Shown in pieces: positions 1-11,202 of a stretch of DNA of 64,000 nucleotides. The stretch's first letter is position 1. Every line of letters begins with the position of its first letter. The stretch spans positions 66,364 to 130,363 of the forward strand of contig CAVAQT010000001.1 in assembly GCA_963590855.1 (NCBI GenBank), read 5' to 3'. The DNA comes from Ruminococcus bromii (lineage in GTDB: Bacteria > Bacillota > Clostridia > Oscillospirales > Ruminococcaceae). Made by a program: the position numbers and the translations under genes. The notes under the pieces were generated by a model. The model was not told the DNA's origin. It was given only the letters and a program-made list of their open reading frames with translations, and ran no database searches.

Positions 1-47
1 CTGGAGGTGAAAAACGCTCCTACTTCACGACGATAGATCGCGCCCAT
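1..47 (-). CDS. ABC-2-type transporter permease, N-terminal fragment (continues beyond window)
   Basis: ATG at 47..45 overlaps the TAA of the upstream ATPase gene (TAATG). It reads MGAIYRREVGAFFTS and runs off the left edge. ATPase-permease pairing is the usual ABC-2 layout. Confidence 0.45.
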   Translation of the reverse strand, partial: MGAIYRREVGAFFTS

Positions 48-1123
48 TACGCTTCGCCTCCTTCTTTGGTTTCCGCTGCATCTTCCGGCTTCGGGGCTTC
101 TGCCTCTGCGGGAGCTGCTTCCTGCGGTGCTTCTGCGGGCTCCGGTGTCTCTGCCGGAGCTGCTTTTTGGGTTGCCGGCGACAGCTTTACACCCTCGCCC
201 ATAGTGATCTTGAGGAATGCATCCTCCAGCGTCATAACGCCCAGATCCATCTTATAAATGTACCATCCGTGAGACTCGACCATCTGGTTCAGTGCCGGAC
301 GAATGTCTGCGTTGGGCTTTGCCTCGATCTCAAACTCAAAGATGCCCGGCTCGCGTTCCATATCGGCGCGCACCTTTGTCACATCCTCCAGTCCGCGAAT
401 TGCCTGGAGCACTTCGTTTTTCGGGCCGTTGATGCGGACAACCAGACGGTTCACACCGGAAACAGCCTTGGACAGGTTGTCGATGGTGTCGTTTGCTGCA
501 ATCTGACCGTGGTTGATGATGACCACGCGGTCGCAGACCTCCTGTACCTCCGTCAGAATGTGGGAGGAGAGGATCACGGTGTGCTTCTTGCCCAGTTTCT
601 TTACCAGTGTACGAATTTCAATGATCTGCTTCGGGTCGAGACCTACGGTGGGTTCGTCCAGGATCAGGATCGGCGGATTGCCAATGAGTGCCTGCGCCAG
701 ACCCACACGCTGGCGGTAACCTTTGGACAGATGCTTGATAACGCGTCCGGACACATCGCTGATCCGGCACAGATTGCATACATCCTTCAGGTGCGACCGC
801 CGGGGCAGCTTGCACTTTTTCAGGTCATAGACAAAGTTCAGATAGCCCATGACGGTCATATCCAGATACAGCGGCGGCAGCTCCGGCAGATAGCCGATCT
901 GTGCCTTTGCCTTGATCGGATCTTCCAGAATATCAATGCCATTAATTAGTGCCTGTCCGGAAGTGGAACTGATATAACCGGTGAGCATATTCATGGTGGT
1001 TGACTTTCCGGCACCATTCGGGCCCAAAAGTCCCAGGATCTCACCGTCCTCTACGGTAAAGCTGATGTCGTTGACTGCCAGCTTGTCGCCGTATTGTTTC
1101 GTCAGATGTTTGACTTCAATCAT
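47..1123 (-). CDS. ABC transporter ATP-binding protein
   Basis: ORF track 47..1204, start trimmed to ATG 1123 (AAGGAGG upstream) giving MIEVKHLTKQYG. Walker A GPNGAGKST, signature LSKGYRQR, Walker B ILILDEPT. Has a ~45-aa Pro/Glu/Ala-rich C-terminal tail. Confidence 0.9.
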   Translation of the reverse strand: MIEVKHLTKQYGDKLAVNDISFTVEDGEILGLLGPNGAGKSTTMNMLTGYISSTSGQALINGIDILEDPIKAKAQIGYLPELPPLYLDMTVMGYLNFVYDLKKCKLPRRSHLKDVCNLCRISDVSGRVIKHLSKGYRQRVGLAQALIGNPPILILDEPTVGLDPKQIIEIRTLVKKLGKKHTVILSSHILTEVQEVCDRVVIINHGQIAANDTIDNLSKAVSGVNRLVVRINGPKNEVLQAIRGLEDVTKVRADMEREPGIFEFEIEAKPNADIRPALNQMVESHGWYIYKMDLGVMTLEDAFLKITMGEGVKLSPATQKAAPAETPEPAEAPQEAAPAEAEAPKPEDAAETKEGGEA

Positions 1124-1269
1124 CCCTGTGATTGCCTCCTTCTGCTGTGTGCAGAACCGGATTTTTCTCCGCCTGTGAAAAAAATCCATCTCTCCGGCAC
1201 ACAAAAACTAGCTATAGTTTATCATTCTATTGTGATAAAGAAGTGATAATCTTACGAAAGATGGCAATG

Positions 1270-2733
1270 TTATGCGGAAAGTGCATCAATTGCCTTGCGG
1301 ATACGGTTCAGCGTGTCCTCCTTGCCCAGGATCGCACACAGTTCTACGCCACCGCCCGGTGTAAACTGCTTGCCGGAAACCGCCGTACGCAGCGGCCACA
1401 GCATCCAGCCATTCTTTACGCCCAGATCTGCGATCTTTGCAAACAGCGCTTCGTGAATGTGATCCACATCCCACTCGCTGACGCCCTCCAGTACCGGCAG
1501 GGTTTCTTTCAGTGCTTCCAGCGCAGTCTCCGGCGTGGTTTTCATCTTCTTGTGACGGTACATTTCCAGATCATATTCCGGCATTGCGTCAATGAAGTCC
1601 ACCTGCTCCGGAATATCCGAGAATACTTCGGTACGGTTCTGCAAAACGCTGCACAGCAGTGCCATGTCGATATCAGTGCGCTTTACGGTCTGACGGATAT
1701 ATGGTTCAGCATCCTTGGCGAACTCTGCCGGATCCATCTTGTGCACATATGCGCCGTTGATGGCACGGAGCTTCTTGTCGTCGAAGATCGCCGGCGCTTT
1801 ACTGATGCCGCTGATCTCGAATGCCTTTTTCAGCTCATCCATGGTGAAGATTTCCTGCTCGTTGTACTCTCCGGAGGGTGCCCATCCCAGCAGTGCAATA
1901 AAGTTGATAACTGCTTCCGGCAGATAGCCCTTTGCCATGAGATCCTGGAACGATGCATCACCGTTGCGCTTGGAAAGCTTATGGGTCTTGTCCTTCATAA
2001 CCGGTGCACAGTGTACATAGACCGGCACATCCCAGCCGAATGCCTGATACAGCAGGTTATACTTCGGCGCAGAGGACAGATACTCGTTGCCGCGTACCAC
2101 ATGGGTGATGCCCATCAGATGGTCGTCTACCACATTGGCAAAGTTATAGGTGGGCATGCCGTCTGTCTTGATGAGGATCTGGTCATCCAGGGTGCTGTTC
2201 TCTACTGTGACATCGCCGTAGATCTCATCGTGGAATGTCGTTGTACCATCCAGCGGCATCTTCTGGCGGATGACATAGGGAACGCCGGCATCCAGCTTCT
2301 CCTGGATCTCCTCCGGAGACAGATCGCGGCAGTGGCGGTCATACATGGGGGCAATGTGGGATGCCTCCTGGATCTTCCGCACCTCTTCCAGACGCTCCTT
2401 GTCGCAGAAGCAATAATAAGCATGTCCGGTCTTTACCAGTTCTTCTGCATAGGACTTGAACATGCCCATGCGCTCAGACTGTACATACGGGCCGACCGGG
2501 CCGCCGATATCCGGGCCCTCGTCCCAGTTCAGACCGGCAATCTTCAGGGTATCATAGATCACATCCACTGCGCCTTCTACATAGCGCTCCTGGTCGGTGT
2601 CCTCGATCCGGAGGATAAAATCGCCGTCCTGCTTCTTGGCGATCAGATAGGCAAACAGTGCAGTACGCAGGTTGCCGATATGCATATAACCCGTCGGACT
2701 GGGTGCAAATCTTGTTCTTACTCGCTTGTACAT
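1270..2733 (-). CDS. gltX: glutamate--tRNA ligase
   Basis: 487 aa with class I aaRS HIGH-type motif ([12 protein letters not shown]) and KMSKS-type motif (KLSKRNG). Confidence 0.93.
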   Translation of the reverse strand: MYKRVRTRFAPSPTGYMHIGNLRTALFAYLIAKKQDGDFILRIEDTDQERYVEGAVDVIYDTLKIAGLNWDEGPDIGGPVGPYVQSERMGMFKSYAEELVKTGHAYYCFCDKERLEEVRKIQEASHIAPMYDRHCRDLSPEEIQEKLDAGVPYVIRQKMPLDGTTTFHDEIYGDVTVENSTLDDQILIKTDGMPTYNFANVVDDHLMGITHVVRGNEYLSSAPKYNLLYQAFGWDVPVYVHCAPVMKDKTHKLSKRNGDASFQDLMAKGYLPEAVINFIALLGWAPSGEYNEQEIFTMDELKKAFEISGISKAPAIFDDKKLRAINGAYVHKMDPAEFAKDAEPYIRQTVKRTDIDMALLCSVLQNRTEVFSDIPEQVDFIDAMPEYDLEMYRHKKMKTTPETALEALKETLPVLEGVSEWDVDHIHEALFAKIADLGVKNGWMLWPLRTAVSGKQFTPGGGVELCAILGKEDTLNRIRKAIDALSA

Positions 2734-2776
2734 CGCTTGTACTTCCTTTCGTATATGAAATCGCCTATATTGGCTC

Positions 2777-3700
2777 TCATTGATTTTGTTTCAGCCATTC
2801 CCGGCACTGCGCCTGATCCTGTGTGATCTGGCGATAGAGGCTGTCCACATCCGGGAACTGCCGCTCTTCCCGCAGGAAATGCAGCAGTTCTACCCGGCAG
2901 GGCTGTTCATAGAGATCGCCGGAAAAGTCCAGGAGAAACGTCTCTGCCGCCGGCGACTGGTTCGCCGCAACGGTGGGCTTTACGCCCACATCAGTCACAG
3001 AGTCAAAGCTGCCCTGGGGCGTATGCGTCCGTGAAACATAGACGCCGTACCGCGGCACCAGCTGTCCCGGTGCAAAGGGAATGTTGATGGTGGGGACTGC
3101 CTTGGTGCGCCCCAGAGCCGCTCCATGAACGACTCTGCCGCTGATACAGTACGGCGCGCCCAGAAGCCGGGCAGCCTGTTCTGGCATACCCTCGCGAACA
3201 GCACTGCGGATGGCAGTAGACGAGATCTTCTCGCCGCCGCACCGCACGGGTTCTACCTGGTGGACGCCAAAGCCGAACCGCTGTCCAAACTGCCGGAGGC
3301 TGTCGATGTCCCACGCCGCCTTTGCGCCGAAGCGGAAATCACCGCCGCAGAACACCTCTTTTGCCCGGAGCAGCTCCACTAAGATCCGGCGGCAGAATGC
3401 TTCGCCGTCCAGGGCGCAAAGCTCTGAAAACGCCGGGCAATAGACGCCGTGAATGCCGCAGTCCAGCATCAGCGCGGTTTTCTGGGCATCTGTGTATAAA
3501 TAAGTCAGCGGCATGCCCTGCTTCACCGGGACAGAGTCCGCGGCAAAGGTGAATGCACACGCCATCAGTCCCCGTTCCGCGGCACATTGCGCCGCCGCAC
3601 GCAGCACGGCACGGTGTCCCAGATGCACACCGTCAAAAAAGCCCAGCGCCACAGCACTGTCCTGTGTCAGCGGTGCAGTGATGTGCTTCAGTTCTTCCAA
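2777..3700 (-). CDS. ribF: bifunctional riboflavin kinase / FMN adenylyltransferase
   Basis: 307 aa with N-terminal [10 protein letters not shown] nucleotidyltransferase motif and a C-terminal riboflavin-kinase part. Follows truB as in Firmicutes infB operons. Confidence 0.9.
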   Translation of the reverse strand: MEELKHITAPLTQDSAVALGFFDGVHLGHRAVLRAAAQCAAERGLMACAFTFAADSVPVKQGMPLTYLYTDAQKTALMLDCGIHGVYCPAFSELCALDGEAFCRRILVELLRAKEVFCGGDFRFGAKAAWDIDSLRQFGQRFGFGVHQVEPVRCGGEKISSTAIRSAVREGMPEQAARLLGAPYCISGRVVHGAALGRTKAVPTINIPFAPGQLVPRYGVYVSRTHTPQGSFDSVTDVGVKPTVAANQSPAAETFLLDFSGDLYEQPCRVELLHFLREERQFPDVDSLYRQITQDQAQCREWLKQNQ

Positions 3701-3716
3701 GCCGTTCTCCGCCTTT

Positions 3717-4628
3717 CTACTTCAGATTCTTTCCGATGCGCAGTTCATCTGCCGCCCGGTCTGCTTCTGCCGTTCCGAAGAAGCAGCCATCTGCGCCGTA
3801 TACGCGGTAAACTTCCTGCTCCGGCAAAATGCCGTCGACCCGGCTCAGCGCCAGCTTGACGCCGTTGCCGTACAGTTCGGACTGCTGCTCTGTGAGATGC
3901 AGTTCCGGCAGTGAAGTGAACAGCTGGTCAGTGGGGATCAGATGTTCTGCCAGTGTGCCCTGACGGCAAAATTCTGTTACCTGCTCAAAGGTATAGCACT
4001 GCTCCAGAGTAAAGCCGTGTGCCGCCGTGCGGCAAAGTGCCGTCATGGTCGCACCGCCGCCCAGTGCCTTTCCCATATCAGAGAGCAGCGTCCGGATATA
4101 AGTGCCCTTGCCGCAGGTCACAGACAGTACGGCGGTCTGCTTTTCCTCGTCCCATTCCTCCAGGACGATAGACTCCACCTGTACCGTGCGCGCCGGGCGG
4201 TCGATGACCTCACCCTTTCGCGCCAGCTCATAAAGCCGCTTTCCCTGCACAGAAACCGCCGAATACATGGGCGGAACCTGTTGAATCTCCCCGAGAAACT
4301 GCGGGATCACCGCTTCCAGCCCTTCACGGGTCACATGCATTTCCGGATAGACAGCTGTGCGGACACCCCAGATATCCTCGGTGTCTGTCTCCCAGCCAAA
4401 CTGTACCGCCGCGCGATAAGTTTTGGTCTGATCCGGAAGAATGTCACAGGCGCGGGTCGCCTTTCCCACCAGAACCGGCAAAACGCCGGTGGCCATCGGG
4501 TCTAGCGTTCCGGTATGTCCCAGCCGCCGCATCCGAAGAATGCCGCGCAGCTTTCCGATCACATCAAACGAGGTGAACTCCGCCGGTTTGTTCATGCAGA
4601 GTACGCCCTGTACGCTATCCAGATTCAT
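3717..4628 (-). CDS. truB: tRNA pseudouridine(55) synthase
   Basis: GHTGTLDPMATGVLPV catalytic-Asp motif. Start set at ATG 4628, which overlaps the nrnA stop (ATGA); alternative ATG at 4640. Confidence 0.9.
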   Translation of the reverse strand: MNLDSVQGVLCMNKPAEFTSFDVIGKLRGILRMRRLGHTGTLDPMATGVLPVLVGKATRACDILPDQTKTYRAAVQFGWETDTEDIWGVRTAVYPEMHVTREGLEAVIPQFLGEIQQVPPMYSAVSVQGKRLYELARKGEVIDRPARTVQVESIVLEEWDEEKQTAVLSVTCGKGTYIRTLLSDMGKALGGGATMTALCRTAAHGFTLEQCYTFEQVTEFCRQGTLAEHLIPTDQLFTSLPELHLTEQQSELYGNGVKLALSRVDGILPEQEVYRVYGADGCFFGTAEADRAADELRIGKNLK

Positions 4629-5602
4629 ACATTCCCCCATTCTGCCTTTACGGCATCCAGCAGGATCCGGCGCACCTCATCCGCAGTGCCCTCTACCTGA
4701 CAGCCGGAAGCCTTTACATGGCCGCCGCCGCCCAGGCGCTGACAGATCGCAGATACGTTTACCTGATCCGCAGAGCGCATGGAGATCCGGAACTTGCCCG
4801 GTTCTTTTTCCTTCATTGTGATGCCCACTTCCGCACCCTCCACCTGGAGTGGAAAACCGGCAATGCCGTCCAGTTCTGCCTCATCTACATGGAATTTCTT
4901 TAAAAACTCCTGTGTCACGCAGATCATGGTGCATTTTCCGTCCAGATAGCATTCCAGATGGTCGATGAGCAGTTTTTCCAGCTGTAGTCTGCCGAAGCTC
5001 TTTACCGCGAACATTTTGCGGTTGATCTGGGCATAGCGCACCTCCGGGCAGGTCTCCATGAGAGATGCCACGGCGCGGTGCGTTCCCGGGCCGGCGTTGT
5101 CATACTGAAAGCAGCCGGTGTCGGTGGCCATGCCGGTATACAGGCAGAGCGCGATCCGATCGGTAATGGTGACCGGCATGATCCGGCACAGACGATACAG
5201 GATCTCGCATGCCGCAGAAGCGCTTCCGTCCAGCAGTCTCTGTTTGGCATAGGGCACATTGGAGACATGGTGGTCGATACACAGATCTACCATTTCGCCG
5301 TAGCGCGCCTGCATTTCTTCGCCCAGCAGCTTTGCATCCGCCACGTCCACGGCAATGATGCATTTCGGGGTAAAGTCCGCCGCTGCCGGGTGCTCCGGCA
5401 GCATGAACTGATAGCGTTCTGCCACCTCATCATTACAGAGCACCGCCGCCCGCTTGTTCAGCTGATGCAGGATCTCTGCCAGTGCATACCCTGCGCCGAT
5501 GCAGTCCCCGTCGGGGCTGCGGTGAATCAAGATATAGGCATCTTCACATTGTTCCAGCCACGCGGCTGTCTGTGCCAGTGTCAACTCCTGCATCATGCTC
5601 AC
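4625..5602 (-). CDS. nrnA: DHH-family phosphoesterase (NrnA-like oligoribonuclease/pAp phosphatase)
   Basis: 325 aa with DHH motifs (SPDGDCIGA, CIDHH) and DHHA1 GGGGH. Conserved position between rbfA and truB. Confidence 0.85.
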   Translation of the reverse strand: MSMMQELTLAQTAAWLEQCEDAYILIHRSPDGDCIGAGYALAEILHQLNKRAAVLCNDEVAERYQFMLPEHPAAADFTPKCIIAVDVADAKLLGEEMQARYGEMVDLCIDHHVSNVPYAKQRLLDGSASAACEILYRLCRIMPVTITDRIALCLYTGMATDTGCFQYDNAGPGTHRAVASLMETCPEVRYAQINRKMFAVKSFGRLQLEKLLIDHLECYLDGKCTMICVTQEFLKKFHVDEAELDGIAGFPLQVEGAEVGITMKEKEPGKFRISMRSADQVNVSAICQRLGGGGHVKASGCQVEGTADEVRRILLDAVKAEWGNV

Positions 5603-5982
5603 TCCTTTTCTGTATTGTCATCCTCCGCGCTGTCTTCCACTGCCGGCTGAATATTGTGCAGCATCCGGTTGATCTCTGCGCTGTGGGCGATAGAATCATC
5701 TGCCACAAAGTGCAGCGCCGGGCTGCGGCGAATTTTCAGTCTGCGCAGCAGCTCCCGCCGGATGAAACCGGACGCACTGTCCAGTCCCTTGCAGGATTCC
5801 TTTGCAGCAGCTTTTCCGGAAAGACTGGACACAAAGATCTTGCAGTCCGAAAGATCCCGGGAAAGCTCTGCACGGACAACCGTCAGCATCGGATCGATGC
5901 GAGGGTCTTTGAGTTCCCGCAAAATCGCGGTCATCTCCCGCAGAATGTCCTCTTCGGTGCGGTTTGCTTTGAAGTTTGCCAT
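5599..5982 (-). CDS. rbfA: ribosome-binding factor A
   Basis: 127 aa, RbfA-like sequence directly after infB. Its stop overlaps the nrnA start (ATGA). Confidence 0.88.
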   Translation of the reverse strand: MANFKANRTEEDILREMTAILRELKDPRIDPMLTVVRAELSRDLSDCKIFVSSLSGKAAAKESCKGLDSASGFIRRELLRRLKIRRSPALHFVADDSIAHSAEINRMLHNIQPAVEDSAEDDNTEKE

Positions 5983-6068
5983 GCTGTACGGCTCCTTTCT
6001 ATAATGGGCAGCCCTTCTGCAGCCGCAGAAAGACCGCTTTCCACAAATAATTCAAATGCAGCGGTTCA

Positions 6069-8585
6069 TTAGTCGCGGTATTCTTCCATGATGAACGCCT
6101 CGAAGATATCGCCTTCCTTGAAGTCGCGGAACTTCTCCAGCGTGATGCCGCACTCATAGCCTTCGCCGACTTCCTTGGCGTCGTCCTTGAAGCGCTTCAG
6201 GCTGGACATCATATCTTCTGCGATCACGATGCCGTCACGAACCACGCGAATCTGGCACTGTCTGGTGACCTTGCCGTTCAGAACGTATGCACCGGCAACT
6301 GCGCCGACGTTGGAGATCTTATAGACCTGACGCACCTCGATGCGTCCCATTACGACCTCGCGGTACTTCGGTGCCAGCATGCCCTTCATTGCGGTCTCGA
6401 TCTCTTCGATGGCATCATAGATGACACGGTATGTGCGGATGTCCACCTTATCCCGTGCAGCGATCTCTTCCGCAGTCTGATCCGGGCGCACATTAAAGCC
6501 GATAATGATGGCATTGGATGCGCTCGCCAGCATAACGTCGCTCTCCTTGATGCCGCCGACGCCGCCGTGGATCACGCGAACGCGAACCTCATCGTTGGAC
6601 AGCTTCTGGAGCGACTGGGTAACTGCTTCTACAGAACCCTGTACATCCGCCTTGACGATCAGAGACAGTTCCTTCATCTCGCCCTGTTCGATCTGGCTGA
6701 ACAGGTTATCCAGTGTTACCTTCTGGTATTCGTTGAACTTCGCCTGCTTTGCCTCGTGCTTTCTCTGCTCTACCAGTTCTCTTGCCAGACGCTCATCCTC
6801 AACTGCGTTGAATACGTCGCCTGCCTCCGGCACTTCTGCCAGACCGGTAATCTCTACCGGAACAGACGGGCCGGCAGCATCGACAGCCTTGCCCTTGTCG
6901 TTGGTCATCACGCGGACACGGCCGACAGCAGTGCCTGCGATAATCACATCGCCGGTATGCAGCGTACCATTCTGTACCAGCAGAGTCGCGATCGGGCCGC
7001 GGCCCTTATCCAGACGCGCTTCTACTACAGTACCCTTTGCGCGGCGATCCGGATTTGCCTTCAGCTCACTGGTCTCAGCCACCAGCAGGATGTTCTCCAG
7101 CAGGTCGTCGATGCCCTCGCCGGTCTTTGCAGAAACCGGAACACAGATCACATCGCCGCCCCACTCTTCGCATACCATGCCGTACTTGGTGAGTTCTTCC
7201 TTGATGCGATCCGGGTTTGCGCCTTCCTTATCCATCTTATTGATGGCAACGATCACGGTGATGCCCGCAGCCTTTGCGTGGTTGATGGACTCTACAGTCT
7301 GCGGCATGATGCCGTCGTCCGCAGCAACAACCAGAATGGCAATATCGGTGATGTTTGCACCGCGGGCACGCATTGCAGTAAACGCCTCGTGTCCCGGAGT
7401 ATCCAGGAATGTGATCTCCTTGCCGTCATATTTTACCTGATATGCACCGATATGCTGTGTGATGCCGCCTGCTTCGCCTGCGGTAACATGCGCATTCCGG
7501 ATACGATCCAGGATAGAAGTCTTACCATGGTCAACGTGACCCATAACGCAGACAACCGGGCAGCGCTCTTCGGTATCCTCGGTGTCGTCGTCCTCATCGA
7601 TCAGACGATCCTCGATGGTCACGATCACCTCGTGCTCTACCTTTGCGCCCAGTTCCTCTGCCACCAGAGATGCAGTATCGAAGTCGATCTCCTCATTGAT
7701 GGTCGCCATAACGCCCAGCATCATCAGCTTCTTGATGACTTCTGTTGCAGTGACCTTCAGACGGGTCGCCAGTTCGCCTACCGAGATCACATCCGGGATG
7801 CGGACGCGAAGCTGCTGCTTTCTGGCGCGCTCCAGTTCCAGACGGCGCAGCTTATCCTGCTCGGTCTCGCGCTTATTGGAATAGCGCTGCTTGTTGCGCT
7901 GTGCAGACTTCTGGTTGATCTTCTGCTTCTTGGTGGAATACTTATCGTTGGTATACTTATTCGCCGGAGCGATCTGCTCATAGCGCTGGTTATACTTATC
8001 CAGATCCACATAAGAGCCGCGGGTATCGACTGTGCGGCGCTTTTCGGTGGTAATGCTGTCCGCAGATGCCATCTCAACCTCTACATGGAGACGCTCGCCG
8101 TGCTTCTGTGCCTTTGCCTGCTGCTTCTTGGGCTTTTCATGCTTCGGCGCATTGTTCTGGTTCTGCTTCGGTGCTTCCGCAGCTGCCGGTTTCTTTTCCG
8201 CCGGCTTTTCCGTTTTCTGTGCCTGCGGCTTCTTTTCTCCGGACTGCGGCTTCTGCTGCTTTTTATTTTCCGGCTGCTTCTTTTCTGCCGGCTTTTTGTC
8301 CGCGGACTTCTTCTCCGCAGGCTTCTTTTCCGCAGATTTTTTCTCTGCCGGCTTTTTCTCCTGCTTCCGCGGTGTATCCTTTGATGCGAAATAAGCATCC
8401 AGGCTGTCTACCTGGGTCTTTTGAGAATAGTACTCCAATGCCAGGTTGATCTCTTCCGGTGTCAGACCGGTCACACCCTTTTTGGTGTTGCCGCTGGCAT
8501 CCCGTTCCTGATAAAATCCGATCAGTTCCTGTGTCGAGATCTGCAGATCCCGTGCAACATCGCTCAGTTTCACTTTCTTCGTCAT
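6069..8585 (-). CDS. infB: translation initiation factor IF-2
   Basis: G-domain motifs [21 protein letters not shown]. Start trimmed to ATG 8585 behind GAGGAGGA. Lys/Pro/Glu/Ala-rich N-terminal region. Confidence 0.95.
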   Translation of the reverse strand: MTKKVKLSDVARDLQISTQELIGFYQERDASGNTKKGVTGLTPEEINLALEYYSQKTQVDSLDAYFASKDTPRKQEKKPAEKKSAEKKPAEKKSADKKPAEKKQPENKKQQKPQSGEKKPQAQKTEKPAEKKPAAAEAPKQNQNNAPKHEKPKKQQAKAQKHGERLHVEVEMASADSITTEKRRTVDTRGSYVDLDKYNQRYEQIAPANKYTNDKYSTKKQKINQKSAQRNKQRYSNKRETEQDKLRRLELERARKQQLRVRIPDVISVGELATRLKVTATEVIKKLMMLGVMATINEEIDFDTASLVAEELGAKVEHEVIVTIEDRLIDEDDDTEDTEERCPVVCVMGHVDHGKTSILDRIRNAHVTAGEAGGITQHIGAYQVKYDGKEITFLDTPGHEAFTAMRARGANITDIAILVVAADDGIMPQTVESINHAKAAGITVIVAINKMDKEGANPDRIKEELTKYGMVCEEWGGDVICVPVSAKTGEGIDDLLENILLVAETSELKANPDRRAKGTVVEARLDKGRGPIATLLVQNGTLHTGDVIIAGTAVGRVRVMTNDKGKAVDAAGPSVPVEITGLAEVPEAGDVFNAVEDERLARELVEQRKHEAKQAKFNEYQKVTLDNLFSQIEQGEMKELSLIVKADVQGSVEAVTQSLQKLSNDEVRVRVIHGGVGGIKESDVMLASASNAIIIGFNVRPDQTAEEIAARDKVDIRTYRVIYDAIEEIETAMKGMLAPKYREVVMGRIEVRQVYKISNVGAVAGAYVLNGKVTRQCQIRVVRDGIVIAEDMMSSLKRFKDDAKEVGEGYECGITLEKFRDFKEGDIFEAFIMEEYRD
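8271..8365. repeat. imperfect in-frame tandem repeats inside infB (AEKK[P/S] units)
   Basis: The protein reads [28 protein letters not shown]. The DNA shows reiterated gccggcttttt/ccgcaggcttctt units. Confidence 0.7.
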
Positions 8586-8685
8586 AGGCGAAAATCCTCC
8601 TCTTCTCCAAGGAACGCACAAAAGAGTCTCTTACTCCTCCGACGCATTCCACTCCTGCGTATGTATCCCCGAAATGACTCCGGGG

Positions 8686-9021
8686 TTATTTTTCAATTTC
8701 CGGCGCAGCGGCTTCCTGCTCTGCAATGGTTCGGATCTTTTGAAAAAACCCGTCATCGCACACACCCAGAACGCCGCAGCCTCTGCCGATCATCTGTGCA
8801 AAATCCGCCCGTGTAAACGGCAGGATCAGACAGGGCACTTGTGCCTGGCTGCTGTAAAATGCAGCCTCTTTCTGCGTCTTTGCAGACGCATCCGACGCCA
8901 CCAGCACGCCCGCCACCGCACCGCGGTACATGGCGTCCTTTGTCGGTTCTAATCCCATGGCGAGCTTTCCTGCCTTACGACAGATGCTCAGGATCCCTTG
9001 CCAGTTCTGCTTGCAGTGCAT
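8686..9021 (-). CDS. ylxQ: L7Ae/L30e-family RNA-binding protein (YlxQ-like)
   Basis: About 111 aa from ATG 9021 (MHCKQNWQGILSICRKAGKLAMG). Classic position between ylxR and infB. Confidence 0.75.
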   Translation of the reverse strand: MHCKQNWQGILSICRKAGKLAMGLEPTKDAMYRGAVAGVLVASDASAKTQKEAAFYSSQAQVPCLILPFTRADFAQMIGRGCGVLGVCDDGFFQKIRTIAEQEAAAPEIEK

Positions 9022-9247
9022 GTTCCATCTCCTCATATACTTCTTCGGACACACGGCAGCCGAAGGAACGCTCAATGCGATGTCCCTTTCTCGCCGCAGT
9101 CAGACATTCGGTATTCTTACATAGATATGCACCGCGGCCGGACTGCTTTCCGGTGAAGTCCAGACGGATCTCACCCTCGGCATTTTTCAGCACCCGGATC
9201 AGATCTTTCTTCGGCTGCATCGTGCCGCAGCCCACACAAAGCCGCAT
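8975..9247 (-). CDS. ylxR: YlxR/DUF448-family RNA-binding protein
   Basis: Start trimmed to ATG 9247 (MRLCVGCG...GRGAYLC motif). Lies directly after nusA. Confidence 0.8.
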   Translation of the reverse strand: MRLCVGCGTMQPKKDLIRVLKNAEGEIRLDFTGKQSGRGAYLCKNTECLTAARKGHRIERSFGCRVSEEVYEEMEHALQAELARDPEHLS

Positions 9248-9257
9248 GGGAACTTTT

Positions 9258-10412
9258 TTACTCTTCAATGCTGCTCGCCTCCGGTGCACTTGCTTCTTCT
9301 GCCGCTGCCGGCGCTTCTGCTGCTTCCGGAGCAGTTTCTGCCGGTGTCTCATCCTGCTGATGCAGCACATCGAACTCCGGCTTGATGTCGATCTTATAGC
9401 CGGTCAGTTTTGCAGCCAGCTTTGCGTTCTGTCCCTTATTGCCGATCGCCAGAGACAGCTGATTGTTCGGCACTTTCACGGTGCAGGTGCGTTCTTCTTC
9501 GTCCAGGATCTGTACCTCCAGCACGGTTGCCGGTGCCAGTGCCTTTGCGATAAATTCCTCTGGCTTTTCGCTGTAGGGAATGATGTCGATCTTCTCGCCG
9601 TTCAGCTCAGACACAATGGCAGAGATACGGGAACGCTTCGGGCCGATGCATGCGCCGATGGCATCCACGTTCGGATCTTTCGACCAGACAGCCACCTTTG
9701 TACGGGATCCGGCTTCCCGAGAGACAGACTTGATCTCCACAGTGCCGTCATAGATCTCCGGGATCTCCAGCTCGAACAGGCGCTTTACCAGTTCCTTGCG
9801 GACACGGGAGATCTTGATGATGGGCTTTTTCTGCTTGTTGGCGATGGTGGTGATGTATACCTTAACGCGCTGACCTTCTTTCAGGGTCTCGCCCGGGATC
9901 TGCTCATTGCGGAACAGGTACAGTTCTGTCTTGTGATATTGCAGTGTTGCTGTGCCGCCGGTCTCGACCTGCTTTACTTCACAGGTGATGCAGTCGTTTT
10001 CCAGTGCCTCAAATTCGCCCAGGATGCGCTCCCGGTTGATCTCCCGCAAGTCGCCCTTAATGGACTGCTTTGCGGACTGTGCAGCAGCTCTGCCGAACTT
10101 TGCGATATCCAGGCGCTTTTCCACAAATCCGCCTACAACAGCGTTAGGATCCATGGTGCGTGCCACTGCGATGTTGACCTCGTTCTCGTCGATGGGTTCA
10201 TCGTCTACGACGGTCTGGCGCAGATACATCTCAAAGGTCTTGGTTGCCGGGTCGATCTCTACGCGGATATTCTCCTCACTGTCAGGATATGCCTTTCTTG
10301 CTGCTTTCAGCATGGCAGATTTTACTTTTTCCACCAGCAGCCCGGTATCTACATTTGCTTCGCTTCCCAGCGAGGAAAGCGCTTCAAAAAAACTGTTGTC
10401 CATTTTCTTCAC
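9258..10412 (-). CDS. nusA: transcription termination/antitermination factor NusA
   Basis: 384 aa with NusA N-terminal, S1 and KH regions and an acidic tail. Synteny rimP-nusA-ylxR. Confidence 0.95.
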   Translation of the reverse strand: MKKMDNSFFEALSSLGSEANVDTGLLVEKVKSAMLKAARKAYPDSEENIRVEIDPATKTFEMYLRQTVVDDEPIDENEVNIAVARTMDPNAVVGGFVEKRLDIAKFGRAAAQSAKQSIKGDLREINRERILGEFEALENDCITCEVKQVETGGTATLQYHKTELYLFRNEQIPGETLKEGQRVKVYITTIANKQKKPIIKISRVRKELVKRLFELEIPEIYDGTVEIKSVSREAGSRTKVAVWSKDPNVDAIGACIGPKRSRISAIVSELNGEKIDIIPYSEKPEEFIAKALAPATVLEVQILDEEERTCTVKVPNNQLSLAIGNKGQNAKLAAKLTGYKIDIKPEFDVLHQQDETPAETAPEAAEAPAAAEEASAPEASSIEE

Positions 10413-10426
10413 TATGCCTCCGTTGA

Positions 10427-10909
10427 TTAAAATTCTACTGCTACATACCGCCGCACATAGGACAGGTCTGCCAGTGCCAGTGTCACCGGTGCTTCCTGTT
10501 CCTCCGGCTGTATGGTGATCTGTTCGGTATCATACGCTGTCAGAGTGCCGATCCATTCTTTTTCGCCGTTGATGGGACGCACGGCGCGGGCGCGCACTTC
10601 CATTCCCAGCGTTTCTTCAAAATGCTGCGGCTGGTTCAGTTCCCGCTCCAGGCCGGCAGAACCGACTTCCAGCACATATGCCTGAGAGATGGGATCGGCG
10701 GCATCCACGGCGGCATTGACCGGACGCGTCATCTTTTCGCAGTCCTCAATGTCGATCCCGTCCGGATGGTCGATGAACACCCGCAGGTACCAGTATGCGC
10801 CCTCCTTCTCGAAGCTCACATCCCAGATGGAATAGCCCTGTTCATCGGCGATGGGCTTTACCAGATCATAGACCGTTTTTTCGGTTCCGCCGAATTTTTT
10901 CATTTTCAT
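10427..10909 (-). CDS. rimP: ribosome maturation factor RimP
   Basis: 160 aa, RimP-like, first gene of the nusA-infB operon. Confidence 0.88.
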   Translation of the reverse strand: MKMKKFGGTEKTVYDLVKPIADEQGYSIWDVSFEKEGAYWYLRVFIDHPDGIDIEDCEKMTRPVNAAVDAADPISQAYVLEVGSAGLERELNQPQHFEETLGMEVRARAVRPINGEKEWIGTLTAYDTEQITIQPEEQEAPVTLALADLSYVRRYVAVEF

Positions 10910-10987
10910 GGCATCTGCTCCTTTTCCAGCGTATCGTACACTTTTTGGAAAGAGATCCTTTCATCAAAAAAGTGCCTACATAAACGA

Positions 10988-11011
10988 AAGACCGGTGGGG
11001 TTCCGGTCTTT
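10988..11011 (-). promoter_or_regulatory. leader hairpin of the rimP-nusA-infB operon (possible attenuator)
   Basis: AAAGACCGG-n6-CCGGTCTTT between the predicted promoter and the rimP start. On the minus strand it is followed by CGTTTAT. Confidence 0.4.
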
Positions 11012-11029
11012 TGCTGCATGATTATCATT

Positions 11030-11058
11030 ATTATAACACTACCGGATGAAAAAATCAA
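11030..11058 (-). promoter_or_regulatory. sigma-70-type promoter of the rimP operon
   Basis: Minus strand reads TTGATT-17 nt-TATAAT with TGt immediately upstream of the -10. Confidence 0.55.
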
Positions 11059-11202
11059 GGGTTTTGAAGAAAAAAGTACGTTTTTTTCCAAAAAAATTTA
11101 CGCTTTCCGCATCATTCCCGCGCTTTCCGGGACACCGCAGCAAGAAGGCACAAAAAACCGGCTCACATCCGCTCGGATGCAAACCGGTTTTTTCCCGAAG
11201 CA

